NCBI RefSeq assembly: GCF_006345805.1 | Contig: NC_043021.1 | Span: forward strand, 25,606,001 to 25,670,000 | From: Octopus sinensis | Lineage: Eukaryota | DNA length: 64,000 nt | Direction: 5' to 3' | In this document: positions 51,368 through 64,000 of the stretch, in pieces | Numbering within the stretch: the first letter of the stretch is position 1 | Layout of the letters: each line of letters begins with the position of its first letter | Position numbers and translations under genes: made by a program | The notes under the pieces: generated by a model | The model's database searches: none | The model's input: the letters and a program-made list of their open reading frames with translations, nothing else | Told to the model about the DNA's origin: nothing

Positions 51368-51924
51368 TATATATGAAAGAAGGTTTGAAAATGCAATTTT
51401 AAAAGATGTTTATTTACTTTACCGGTTTCACTTTTTAGAAAAAGATTGTCAAAAGTAACATGTAAAAGTTTGGTTGTGTTAATTATTGGTTGTCACAAAA
51501 TACTACAATACACATATACATTCTTTGGTAACAAGGACATGTTAAGAACATGTTATAATATTCTGTGTGTAATATATATATAATACAGATACAATACCAC
51601 TGAACATTTTAATAATTCCTTCTGGAAACTATCTTTAACATTTTCTTGAGAATGTAAATATATGTTGTAATCTTTTGTGCCCAATATTTTAATGAACTTG
51701 TTAAACTTTTTTATATTTTCCCAAGATTTTCCCTTGTGGACTGTTCTTAACATGTCCTTGTTATCAAATAATGTATATGTGTATTGTACTATTTTGTGAC
51801 AACCAGTTACTAACACAACCAAACTTTTACATGTTACTTTTGACAATCTTTTTCTAAAAAGTGAAACCGGTAAAGTAAATAAACATCTTTTAAAATTGCA
51901 TTTTCAAACCTTCTTTCATATATA
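51368..51924. repeat. Inverted repeat, about 183-bp arms and 191-bp spacer, two hammerhead-like motifs (family E)
   Basis: + copy 51834-51878 TTACTT-TTGACAA-TCTTTTTCTAAAAAGT-GAAA-CCGG-TA-AAGTAA; mirror copy 51414-51458. Confidence 0.8.
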
Positions 51925-52264
51925 TATATATTTATATATAATAATAAATATTAGGGAATAAATCCAAACTTACAGGGAAAAATCAGATTTAGGATTGAAT
52001 CCAATTTATAGTAAAATATTATATTATATAAATTAGAGACAAAACCACTATTATGCAAATCAAACAAAGAAAGACTTAATCCAATGCATAAATTAATTTA
52101 TATTATTTAGTAATTTAACAATTATTAATAATTATATATATATATATACATTATGTATATATATATAAGCCACAACTTCTATGACACAGTAGTCCAGTCA
52201 CTAACCCAGAAATAAAACAAGCCTTTGTTTCTCTCGTTTAACAAACTGTTTGTGTTTTTTACAG

Positions 52265-52342
52265 GCTTTTAGTTTCCTCAGCTTTCTGATGTCTGTCTTG
52301 TGGATCTACATAGTGGCAAATGAGGTCGTCAACCTGTTGATA
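52265..52342 (+). CDS. SLC8B1: NCLX exon (AFSFLSFLMSVLWIYIVANEVVNLLI)
   Basis: ttttacag acceptor, gtaagt donor, 78 nt; S.LWI..VA.EVV motif. Confidence 0.94.
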
Positions 52343-52439
52343 GTAAGTACTACCAACCAGCACTACTACTACTACTACTATACTACTACTACTACTACCA
52401 CCACCACCACCACTACTACTACTGCTACTACTACTACTG

Positions 52440-52481
<42 letters not shown>

Positions 52482-53074
52482 CCACTGCTGCTGCTGCCGC
52501 CACCGCTGCTGCTGCTGCTGTTCATATCTTGGCAGTATTTATTTTCTTTAATTGTTAGGTCTGTAGGAAGGGTCTGTAGCCAGAGCCTTCACAGACCCTC
52601 TTAAACCAGTTAGGGTTTGATGTAGGCGATGTTCTTTTTGAAAACCAACCAATAAAACAAGGGCAGCAAGTGAATATTAAGGGTTCTGTCCTCCTGAGCA
52701 AGAAGTATTGCTGAATATTGTTGGCCCAGGGCCTGGAGTCTTCCTTCACTATGGATGACAGGAAGGGGAGAGATGAAAGACTGAATTGAGTCTGGTTGAA
52801 GGGAGCAAGAGATTGGCCAGATTTGATGGACATTGGTCACTGTAGTGACAGTAGGGAAAAAGAAAAAACAGAGAGTGGACACAGCACAACTGTAGGCCTT
52901 AACAATAGATTGTGTATTTGGTGAATAAGACAGCCTGAGTGTGGGTCAGACGCTGGTGTGTGTTTGCGTGAGGCAACACGTCTATGAACCAGGGCCTGGT
53001 GTGTGTGTTGGTGGTGAATGGCAAGAAATGTAATCTGATTATGAAATGCTAATCACTGTCCTATTGATGATGAT

Positions 53075-53158
53075 GATGATGATGATGATGATTTCTTTAT
53101 TAACCACAAGGGTTTACATTAACAAAAACATTATGGACAGTACAGGACAAAACAAAGA

Positions 53159-53191
<33 letters not shown>

Positions 53192-54005
53192 GTGAGGGTT
53201 TTGTGTGTAAACAAGATCAACAAAATTTTTAAAATCAACAATGTATAATCCTTAATAAGGAGGAGATGTTGCTCATGGAAAAACCCCATAAAAAGCCATG
53301 GGTACCCTGACTTTTGGGGCAGGTGCCTCTTTTCCATTCCTTTTTTTCCAACTACAGGCATATGCTCAGGGCAAGCCCGTTCACCAGCATCATTCTCATC
53401 ACCTTTCATCCACCTTTCAGCAAACTTGTTAGAAGACAACACTTCCCTCTTAACCCTTATTTTCCTTTTTGAGAGAAACTTGCAGAAGTTCATCAGGGAT
53501 TGGCTAAAAGGAAAAGGGTTTGTCATCAGCCCCTTCAATCTTGTCCATCATACAACCCTTTTTGCCATGGCCACCGAGCATATGAATAGAGCCTTTCTTT
53601 CTCGGTTAAAGGAAGGTGGTGGGGTGATCTTCATGATGGATTCAGTTGACAGCTGGATCTGCCCCACACGTGACTCACAGGTCAGCAATGTTCAGGCACT
53701 GGGCGAGTGCATGCAGTGCTGTCTTGTTGTCCTGCATGCATCTTGGACATGCTTGGTTGACGACACTTCCATGCCTGTAAAGTTTATCTCAAACAGGCAA
53801 AGCTCCCTGGCAGCACTGCCAGGCCAGAGATTTTTGGAAATTATCAATTGGTCCATGGCCGAAAGTTCTCCGGAAAAGAGTAACAAGCTGATCTTCTTCA
53901 ATGTCCAAGGTCTCTCCAAGAACATCGTCACACTTTTTCCTCCACTAATCCTCCCTAAAAAGCTAAAGTGGATATTCCAAGTTTTGCAGTGTCCGATCGG
54001 CTGAG
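53075..54005 (-). mobile_element. L1/Tx1-clade LINE 3' fragment with C-terminal zinc knuckle; diverged second 3'-end copy about 54125-55290
   Basis: AWQC..GALPV*DKL.RHG...ACPRC.....LHA..QC (CCHC), KRKIRV.RE.LS...F..RW; (ATC)n tail. Confidence 0.8.
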
Positions 54006-54070
54006 GGATGTGTGGTGATTTATAATGGAAATAAATGTAATCTGCTAATGCCAATGCTAATTATTGTCCT

Positions 54071-54129
<59 letters not shown>

Positions 54130-54693
54130 TGATGATGATGATGATGATGATTTCTTTATTAACCACAAGGGTTTATATTAAGAAAAACATTATGGACATT
54201 ATAGGCGCAGGAGTGGCTGTGTGGTAAGTAGCTTGCTTACCAACCACATGGTTCTGGGTTCAGTCCCACTGCGTGGCAAGTGTCTTCTACTATAGCCTCG
54301 GGCCGACCAAAGCCTTGTGAGTGGATTTGGTAGACGGAAACTGAAAGAAGCCCGTTGTATATATGTGTATATATATATGTGTGTATGTTTGTGTGTCTGT
54401 GTTTGTCCCCCTGGCATTGCTTGACAACCGATGCTGGTGTGTTTATGTCCCCGTCACTTAACGGTTCGGCAAAAAGAGACCGATAGAATAAATACTGGGC
54501 TTACAAAGAATAAGTCCCGGGGTCGAGTTGCTCGATTAAAGGTGGTGCTCCAGCATGGCCGCAGTCAAATGACTGAAACAAGTAAAAGAGTAAAGAGTAA
54601 GAGAGTAAAGGACAAAGCAAAGAATGCGTGTGTGTGTGTGTGTGTGCTGTGAGGGTTTTGCATGTAAACAAGACTAACAAAAGGAAAGAAACC

Positions 54694-55093
54694 GGATCTT
54701 TTCGGTTTGAGCGGCAGTTTTTAACATAATTTCTATGTAACTAAACACTTTTAAACTTCGTATACTGGTAGAATGTGTTTATAAAACATCTTTTTCTCTT
54801 GGCTTTATTGAGAAAATTCTATGGTTTGTAAGATATTTGTTATTTTTTTCTTCAATTTCTGCAATTTCAACCAATCACTGGTGTCTATTGTGTTAAAAAG
54901 CATTCTGTGCCTTATGAATATGTCCCTTGTTTAAGAAACAGATTGGGTTTATTTACATTGTGAAGAAAAAAGATACCCTTCTCCCACCCCTAACCCTAAA
55001 AGAAATTGAAATGCAATAGATCAATTCTAGGGTCATAATTATGGGTGACAATTTCACCGCCAGAAAAAACTGCCGTTCAAACCGAAAAGATCC
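54694..55093. mobile_element. 400-bp MITE with about 29-bp TIRs and perfect 8-bp TSD (Merlin-like)
   Basis: TIR GGATCTTTTCGGTTTGA(G/A)CGGCAGTTTTT; TSD AAGAAACC at 54686-54693 and 55094-55101. Confidence 0.85.
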
Positions 55094-55590
55094 AAGAAAC
55101 CAACAATGTGCAATCCTTAATAGGGAGGAGACATTTGAGGGCTGCTCATGGAAAAAACCCATAAAATACTATGGGTACCCTGACCTAGGGGGGCAAGTGC
55201 CTTTTTCCTTTTCCATTTTTCCAATTACAGGCAAAAGGCAGGCCCGTTTACTTATAACCTTTCTTGCCCCTTTCATCCATCTTGAAGTAGGAGGTAGACA
55301 GTTGGCAGCAGCAATACTCAGAGCAGAGAACATGTGTTGAGGAGAATGTGGGGAAGCCCTAAGCTGTGGGGAAGAGCTGAGACAAATGTCTGTGTTGTGT
55401 TACAGGAAGACAATTCGCTGCTGCCGCTTGCCTTCTCCAAGTTTTCCAGTCTCTAACATCTCTTATCCTTCCCTCTCCCTCGGACTCTGGGTGTGTCTCA
55501 GCGAGTGATTGTAACAAACTTGCGGATTAAAAGTAAATAATAATAATGATGATAATGATGATGATGATGATAATAATAATAATAATAATA

Positions 55591-55895
55591 ATATTCTGTT
55601 GTGTCTGGGGAAAGTTCTTTTCGTTTTTGTTCCTTATTATTTAACACACTCACTGGTAAAATTTCCACTTATTTCTTATTTTTATTTCCTAAAATTTTCG
55701 TTGCGTCTTGCAACCTTTTCAATAGTCTTGACTCTTTAGGTATGCTAAATAAATGTCAAGACTATTGAAAAGGCTGCAAGACGCAATGAAAATTTTAGGA
55801 AATAAAAATAAGAAATAAGTGGAAATTTTACCGGTGAGTGTGTTAAATAATAAGGAAAAAAACGAAAAGAACTTTCCCCAGACACAACAGAATAT
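55591..55895. repeat. Inverted repeat, about 141-bp arms and 22-nt spacer, hammerhead-like motifs (family D); related solo copy about 16805-16980 (-)
   Basis: - copy 55689-55725 CTA-TTGAAAA-G-GTTGC(AAGAC)GCAAC-GAAA-A-TT-T-TAG; + copy 55762-55798 has helix II mismatches. Confidence 0.8.
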
Positions 55896-56016
55896 GCTTC
55901 AACACACAAACTCATATAAAGAATCTTGCAAACCAAATCCAAAAACAAAAAATAATAATGATAATAATAATATAATAATAATAATAATAATAATATATAA
56001 TAACAATAATAATAAC

Positions 56017-56056
<40 letters not shown>

Positions 56057-56152
56057 TAATAATAATAATAAATAATAATAATATAATAATAATAATAATA
56101 ATAATAATATAATGATAATTATTATTATAATAATAATAATAATAATAATATA

Positions 56153-56188
<36 letters not shown>

Positions 56189-56198
56189 TAATAATAAC

Positions 56199-56266
<68 letters not shown>

Positions 56267-56363
56267 TAATAATAATAATAATATAATATGATAATAATAA
56301 TAATCATAATAATAATATAAAATAATTATTATAATAATTATAATGTTCATATTCTTGTTGCAG

Positions 56364-56439
56364 ACGTTTGGTATTGTGTTCAACATGAGTAATGTCGTTG
56401 TCGGTGTAACATTTCTGGCCTGGGGCAACAGTTTGGGTG
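56364..56439 (+). CDS. SLC8B1: NCLX exon, alpha-2 repeat (TFGIVFNMSNVVVGVTFLAWGNSLG-D)
   Basis: gttgcag acceptor, gtgagt donor, 76 nt. Confidence 0.95.
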
Positions 56440-56623
56440 GTGAGTAAGGACTTACAATATCGTCTGGTCTTTCTTTTAATCCCCTTTTGATTTTTCCGTT
56501 TTTATTTCACACTTCTCTCTCTCCCTAATATGTGTGTGTGTGTGTGTGTACACAAACGCACCACGCAGAAGCCATTCCCCACTTTGATGGCTTCCTTAAT
56601 GTTCTAGAATTTGTCTTTTCCAG

Positions 56624-56704
56624 ATCTGATCACTGACATCACCATCGCCAAGAACAACAACCCTCGAACTGGTATCTCAGCCGTGTATGGAGGACAAATG
56701 TTCA
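56624..56704 (+). CDS. SLC8B1: NCLX exon (DLITDITIAKNNNPRTGISAVYGGQMF-N)
   Basis: ttttccag acceptor, 81 nt, followed by U12 donor GTATCCTTT. Confidence 0.94.
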
Positions 56705-56796
56705 GTATCCTTTGCTGCTACACAAAAATAAGCACACACAATGATGATGATGATGATGATAATAATAATAATAATAATAATAATATTAATATTAAT

Positions 56797-56851
<55 letters not shown>

Positions 56852-56877
56852 TTAACAGTAATAATAATAATAATAAT

Positions 56878-57659
<782 letters not shown>

Positions 57660-58571
57660 AAAATAATAATAATGTAAGGATTTGTATTAGCATCATATAC
57701 ATATTCATACTTGCATACATATGTGCATGCCAACACACAGACACACAGACACACACATTGTGTATGTCTGTCCGTATCCGTAAGTCAGCCACTTGGTTTG
57801 AAGTGTGAAACGTGTGGCAACGTGATTTCATCAAATGTTGGCATGAAGAGTCATCTCTGAAGTGATGCAAGGAAAGAGGCTGCGGAAGAAATATCAAAAC
57901 GTTGAACTCAAGGATGAGTTAACAGCTGATAATGTATGTGTGTGTGTGTGTGAGTCTAGGATATTTACCCCACATGGGCAATACCCCACATGGGCAACAC
58001 CCCACTCGCCCAAACAAGGACAATTATCCCTGAGGACAATGGATGATGACTTAAAACTTCTTAATATATTGGAAAGGGGGTAATTAACCAAGAGGAGTAA
58101 TTGTCCCAGGGGGGGGAGTTGTCATTGGGGGGAATTGTCCTGGTACGGTGCATGTATGTATGTGTGTGAGTATGTAACTGTAAGGCCCCAGAATCTTTTA
58201 GGGTGTAATGTTGTTTATCTTCAGTTTCATGGTGTTAAATAACAGATGACAGATAACTACACACCTGGATAATACCCCAACCTATTGCAGGAAGCTCCCA
58301 TACCTGATCTGGTGGCATTATTCCTAACAGATAAATAAACTGAACAATCAAGTGAATTTCTCAAATATAAAAACCAAATCTCTGCAGCAGAAAAGTAATT
58401 AGAAGATCTATTCTAACTCTAGCCCCCCCCCCTCTCTCTCTCTCTTACTCCTCTCTCTATTTCTCTCACTCTCTCCCCTTCTCTTCATCTCTTTCTCACA
58501 CACTCCTCCCAGCTCCCAACAAACACACATTTCAAAATTTGTTGTCTTCTCTTAACCAAAATCCATCACAG

Positions 58572-58636
58572 ATCTCGTTTTAGGAATTGGAATTCCTTTT
58601 GCAATTTCCACTTGGTCAACACAGGAAGATTTTAAA
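58572..58636 (+). CDS. SLC8B1: NCLX exon (NLVLGIGIPFAISTWSTQEDFK)
   Basis: U12-type branch then cacag acceptor, gtatgt donor, 65 nt; completes the GG.MFN..LG.G motif. Confidence 0.9.
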
Positions 58637-59457
58637 GTATGTAAATTTTATTTATAGTTTGTGGGTATGTACGTGTGTGTGTGTGTGTATCATCATCATC
58701 ATCATCATCACCATCATCATCATCATTTAATGTAGGCATGGTTTCTATGGCTGGATGCCCTTCCTAACGCCAACCACTTCACAGGATGTGTTGGGGGCAC
58801 AACAGACATGGCACCACTTTCCATGGCACCACTTTCCATGGCACCACTGGTCTTACCACTTTTGCTGCAGAGGAGAGGTCTTCTTGAGCATTAAACAGTG
58901 AAGATGAGTGCTCAACACTGCATTGATGGGTCAATATTCTATATTTGTGGGTTAACAAGGCAACTAGTGGTTACAGATGAAGAGGTCTTCACAATTGTTC
59001 ACGTGTGCCACATGAAAGGGTTGTTGGTATTTGTGCCATCCAAAACAGATGGGTACCAACCGTTCCATGTTGCATGCTTGAATATTTGTGAAGATCTCTT
59101 CACCTGAAACCATTTGTTGCCTTGTTAACCCTCAACCCTCATTGTCAGCCATGCTGTCTTGGCCCCTCCAAACAATTGCAGAAGCCTTGAAAAAGGAGTT
59201 GTACCTTCCTACCCACTTCCCCTCCTATAAAAGCCCTAAAATGTGTCATGACCCCTCACTTTACTAATCTGACTAAGCAATTAAAAATTAAATTACAAAA
59301 CTGGATCCCTTCAAATTATTTTCATCGAAAAGAAACAAACAATGTTATTTCTTTATTGATTTTGTTTTTTAAATACCAAATATTTATTTCTGTTTTTACT
59401 TTCAATTTATGCTTTTATTTCTGTGTTTCTTTATACATTTATTTATTTATTTTGCAG

Positions 59458-59655
59458 CTGGTTGTTACCTTGAAAGACTTCATGCTTGCCGCTTTCCTCG
59501 CCTTCACTTTGGTCTCTACCTTCATTTCAATGCCAATTCTCAAGTTCAAGATGAATCGTTATTTCGGATGTTACCTTCTGGTTCTTTATGGATTATTCAG
59601 TGTGATCACCTTGTTGATTGAGGTTTCAGTGATACCAACACCTGTGATAAATTGA
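59458..59655 (+). CDS. SLC8B1: NCLX last coding exon (LVVTLKDFMLAAFLAFTLVSTFISMPILKF...YLLVLYGLFSVITLLIEVSVIPTPVIN*)
   Basis: tttgcag acceptor, 198 nt ending TGA, two TM helices. Confidence 0.93.
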   Translation: MVVTLKDFMLAAFLAFTLVSTFISMPILKFKMNRYFGCYLLVLYGLFSVITLLIEVSVIPTPVIN

Positions 59656-61059
59656 TACTTTGTCCTGTTTTCCCTGATTGCATGTGTGTGTGTGTGTGTG
59701 TGTGTGGAGGGGAGCTATTCTGCCTGCCAATAATGGCAGGAATTGAAAGGAATCAACGAATTTAAAAATTATAATCTTGGGGATGTAAAACCATGACAAT
59801 GTTTTGGTTCTGATTTGGAACTATTTCACTTCCCTGACAACATCAGTGCCTTTGGGAAATGGATGGAAATCACAGATCTCCACTTCCCACAAAATGTTTG
59901 ATCCCTTGTGCCAATGTAACAAAACTGTGCCTACCAAATATGACCGACTCCAGGGATGACACAAACGTGCCTCTTCTTTTCATTACGACCCAACATTCAA
60001 AAAAACCAACTGACTGCCAGACTCTGTCTTCTCCAGTGAAATAAATAATAAACGATCCTAATTTATCAATTCTAAAATAAATGAAGGTTATGGGGGCAAC
60101 AGGGAAAGGCGATGTATGAACTGTGTGATACAAACCTCGGATACTGTAAGGAATCCTTAAATATGCCTAACAGCATTGGGAAAGAAGTAAAATTTCAAGA
60201 AAGGAATTGCAAGGTTTTCGTTTCCAAGCGGAACCTACTTTTTATAGTTTAATAATTTTTCTTGTGCATGAAAATATGAACATTATGTAAAATAAACACT
60301 ACACACACACACACGCACACACGCGCACATCCTGTGTGCCCCATGATGACTATAATCCCCAGTCCCCCAACTTTGAGCCCCTGCCAATACCTGGGAGTCT
60401 GGCAAAGAGTTTGACTAGAACATACAGTAACACACCCACCCTAACATGGCCGATACATACCCAACAGACTTTTTCCCACTACGTTCAATAAAAGCTCCCA
60501 CACATATTCTGCCCCTGCACACACAAAGGACCCCACGGATTTAACGAAATGCATAAAAGAAAGAAAACACACAAACGAACATAGATGTGTATGCTCCCCC
60601 CCCCCAGCCCACTGCAAAGGCTATAAACAAAAAAAAAAAGCAAAAGAAAAGAAAAGCACACCACCATGAGGGTAAGTGTAAGGAGGGGTGGGAGAAAGGG
60701 TCCCTCTGTTTATGGAAACGAAGTGGGACACATTATAGAATAAAAATAATAAACAGGTAAATAAATAAATCAGTTGTGGAGAAAAATGGTTGAAGTTGAA
60801 AAACGAAAAAAAATATTCGGATTTGGACAAAGGGAAGTAACTGCGATGGTGATTCAGAGAAGTCTGAGAAGGAGGCATCTTTTATTTTACACACGCTCGC
60901 GCGCGTATACACGGATGTACTCACACACAAACATACATACATACATACATACATACTACATACATACATACATCATACATACATACATACATACATACAT
61001 ACATACATACATACATACATACATAATACATACATACATACATACATACATACATACGG

Positions 61060-61117
<58 letters not shown>

Positions 61118-61579
61118 AAATAATTGAGATTCATTTGAATTAGGTACTTAAGTTGAAGCACCAAGTCAGTTTGGTATTATCTGCAGAGCTTGAAGTAAAG
61201 TGAATAAAATCAAAATAAGCAACAGGATATCTCAAGCAGTGATGCAGTATGGCCATTTCAAGTGGCTCCTTTTAATTGAACAATGTAATCCTTACATCAA
61301 TTTAAATGCACAAATAAGTAGATGGAGTTTTAACCAGTCGGACACATGAATATATTCCTGTGTCCAACTGGTTAAAACTCCACCTATTTATTTGTGCAGC
61401 TGAAGATGGCATTGCATTGATGTAAGGATTGCATTGATCAATTAAATGGAGCCACTTGAAACAGTTGGTCTGCATCACTGCTTGAGATATCCTGTTGCTT
61501 ATTTTCATTATATATATGTATATATATATATATATATATAGAATATATATGCACACACACACACACACACACAAACATA

Positions 61580-62050
61580 TAAGAGGTGTGTTCAAAAAGT
61601 ATCCAGCTTTATCTTTCTGCTGACACTCTCCGCATGCACAAATCCTCCCTTCAAATGGAAAGCACTGTTCCTGTGCATATTCCCACTTTGTAAGCAATTT
61701 CCTGGATTGTTACACGACAGTCTTCCATGACTGTTCATCGAATCTTCTCAATTGCCTCCTCATTTCAGCTTGTCGATGGCTTTCCTAAGCATGCCTCACT
61801 CTCCATTGAGAAGCAACCAAGTTTGAAGTGGTTGTACCACTCCTTGATCAGAGTTTTGCCCATGGTGTCATCACCCAAGGCCTGCTGAATTTTCTGGATA
61901 GTTTCAGCTTGAGTATCACCAAACTTTTGGCAAAACTGATGCAATATCTCTGCTCAATTCGTTTGGTCATCTTGTGTGAAAGCAAAAATCCAAAGAGCGC
62001 ACATTGCACATCTTTACTTTAGGCATAACAGCTGCAGCCTGCAGGGGCAA
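61580..62050 (-). mobile_element. Internally deleted mariner element: transposase N-terminal HTH remnant (ATG at 61970) plus one TIR
   Basis: MTKRIEQRYCI/FCQKFGDTQAETIQKIQQALGDDTMGKTLIKEWYNHFK; TIR-like GAGGTGTGTTCAAAAAGTATCC. Confidence 0.8.
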
Positions 62051-62201
62051 AACTTTGCATTTAGGAGGCACAAGCACTTACACACACACGTACACACACG
62101 ATGATAACTTCTGCCCACCAAATTTAATCACAAGGCTTTGGTCAGCCCAAGGCTATAGCAAAAGACACTTGCCTAAAGTGCCACTTATATGCATGCATGC
62201 A

Positions 62202-62233
<32 letters not shown>

Positions 62234-63387
62234 CACTCACAGACGCATGCACTTGCCCACACAATGTGTACTCTTCTCTCTGAATAAATCAATAAAAAGC
62301 CAATTGAATGAAATCTTAATCTCGGGACATGTACGACTGTTGAACATGTGACAAACATAAGTGTGTAAATACATGTAACACAAAAGTGTGATACAAGGAT
62401 GTAACACAAGGGTGTAGCACAAAGAGAACAATGAGTAACTTTGTTTTTGTGTCACAAAATATACAAAACAACACGTGTGTATATATTTATTTCTATTGTA
62501 CATCTTTCAATTTTGAGGAATAAACTTTTTTTATTTTTTATCTGCTTTTGTTTAAATTTAATGCCAAATAACTTAAAAACTACAAATGTGTGTGTGTGTG
62601 GGTGGGTGGGTGGGTGGATGAACAGTGAGGACGGGTACTCAATCGCATCGTTTTATTTCTGCATGGCCTCAGGTTTCTTGCATTGGATGTAATTTCTAAA
62701 ATGCTCCTCACTAAAAACGATAGTAAAAGAAACTTCATTTTTAATGTGAAACACTTGAAAATCGAGACATAGAATGCAAGAAACTCAAGCTTATCCACAA
62801 AATCTGCAAACAAAGAATACGTTTGTTTGACTAAAACTTCTTTGAGGCATGGACACGGTCGAATGGCTGGAACAAGGAAAAGATAAAAGATACATTAGGT
62901 GTGTGTGTACGTGTGCATATGTGTGTGCACGTGTCTATGCGTGTGCGTATTTGGTTCACTGGAATGGCTGCATGGTTCAGAAATTTGTTTCCTAACCATG
63001 TGGTTTCACATTCCATGTCATTCATTTCCAACATTCTGTGAAAACATGTCTGGTCACAAGGAGATGCTACTTTGCTTGGAAACAGATTGAGGCCTTGGTA
63101 ACAGGAAGCGCATCCAACCAGAGAAAATTTGCCTCTATGAACTCTGTTTGATGCAGACAAGCATCAAAATGTGGACTTTAAAACAACCCTTTATTTTTGA
63201 ATGGGAATCTTCTGAAGGGAGGATTTAGCTTGTTGAGAGAAACACTTTAAAGCAATCATTGCTCACATGTGATAGACATCTCTGCTTTTCTTTTGCAAAC
63301 TCAACTAATTAAATGACTCAGTAGATTAGAAAATTACTATATTAAAATCTCACAATGTGAGATATCCAGCAACAGTACTTTGTAGTA

Positions 63388-63621
63388 AAGATTGTTTGCC
63401 AACATAACATGGCAGTCCTGGTTTAGGACGAATGTTACTGTAATTTAGCCCCAGGAGACATTGTCTCCAGCTGGCTATATGACAAGATCTGTGTCCTTGT
63501 TCAAAAGTGTAAGGACATAAATTGTGTCGCATAGCCAGCTGGAGACGATGTCTACTGGGGCTAAATTACAGAAATATTCGTCCTAAACCAGGACTGCCAT
63601 GTTATGTTGGCAAACAATCTT
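63388..63621. repeat. Fold-back element, about 97-bp arms
   Basis: AAGATTGTTTGCCAACATAACATGGCAGTCC... reverse-complemented at 63525-63621. Confidence 0.85.
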
Positions 63622-63886
63622 GACTCAATAGATGTTCCAGATTCCAATTTTTAATTTTGAGAGGCCTTGAAGTGGAAACAGGATGCTGCTTGATGCTGGT
63701 CTGCAAGGGTTTATTAGATTGAGAAAAGTTGTGAAAAGGCGGAATGCTTTTCAGATTCAGATTTTATACAACACAACATAATGTTGGCTTGTGTGTGACA
63801 TGCAGAAATACCAACAAAAGGCACGATTTATACAGATACATACTCACACATACATGTGCACACACACATATATATATATACATACA

Positions 63887-63938
<52 letters not shown>

Positions 63939-64000
63939 CATACATACATATATATACATACATACATATACATATATATATATATACACATACATATATA

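Overview
Eukaryotic, AT-rich, microsatellite-dense genomic DNA. The tRNA-SINE and (CAT)n-tailed RTE repeat landscape looks like an octopus/coleoid cephalopod (inference). One protein-coding gene is supported: a + strand NCLX-type (SLC8B1/SLC24A6) Na+/Ca2+ exchanger. I reconstructed 15 coding exons by hand (29109-59655; 1620 nt, 539 aa + stop, splice phases consistent throughout); the N-terminal exon was not securely located. Two of its introns carry minor-spliceosome (U12) signals. The rest is transposon-derived: RTE, CR1, L1/Tx1 and Penelope-like fragments, Tc1/mariner (DD37D and mariner-type), hAT-, pogo- and Merlin-like MITEs, and many SINEs. The most unusual signal is five unrelated short non-coding repeat families. 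Each folds as a minimal type-I hammerhead-ribozyme-like motif with a palindromic helix III. Four occur as fold-back inverted repeats with the same divergent geometry, and copies abut (TA)n/(AAT)n tracts; several lie in the NCLX introns. Nearly all ORFs in the supplied track are microsatellite artefacts. All structure assignments are by eye; no searches or folding were run.
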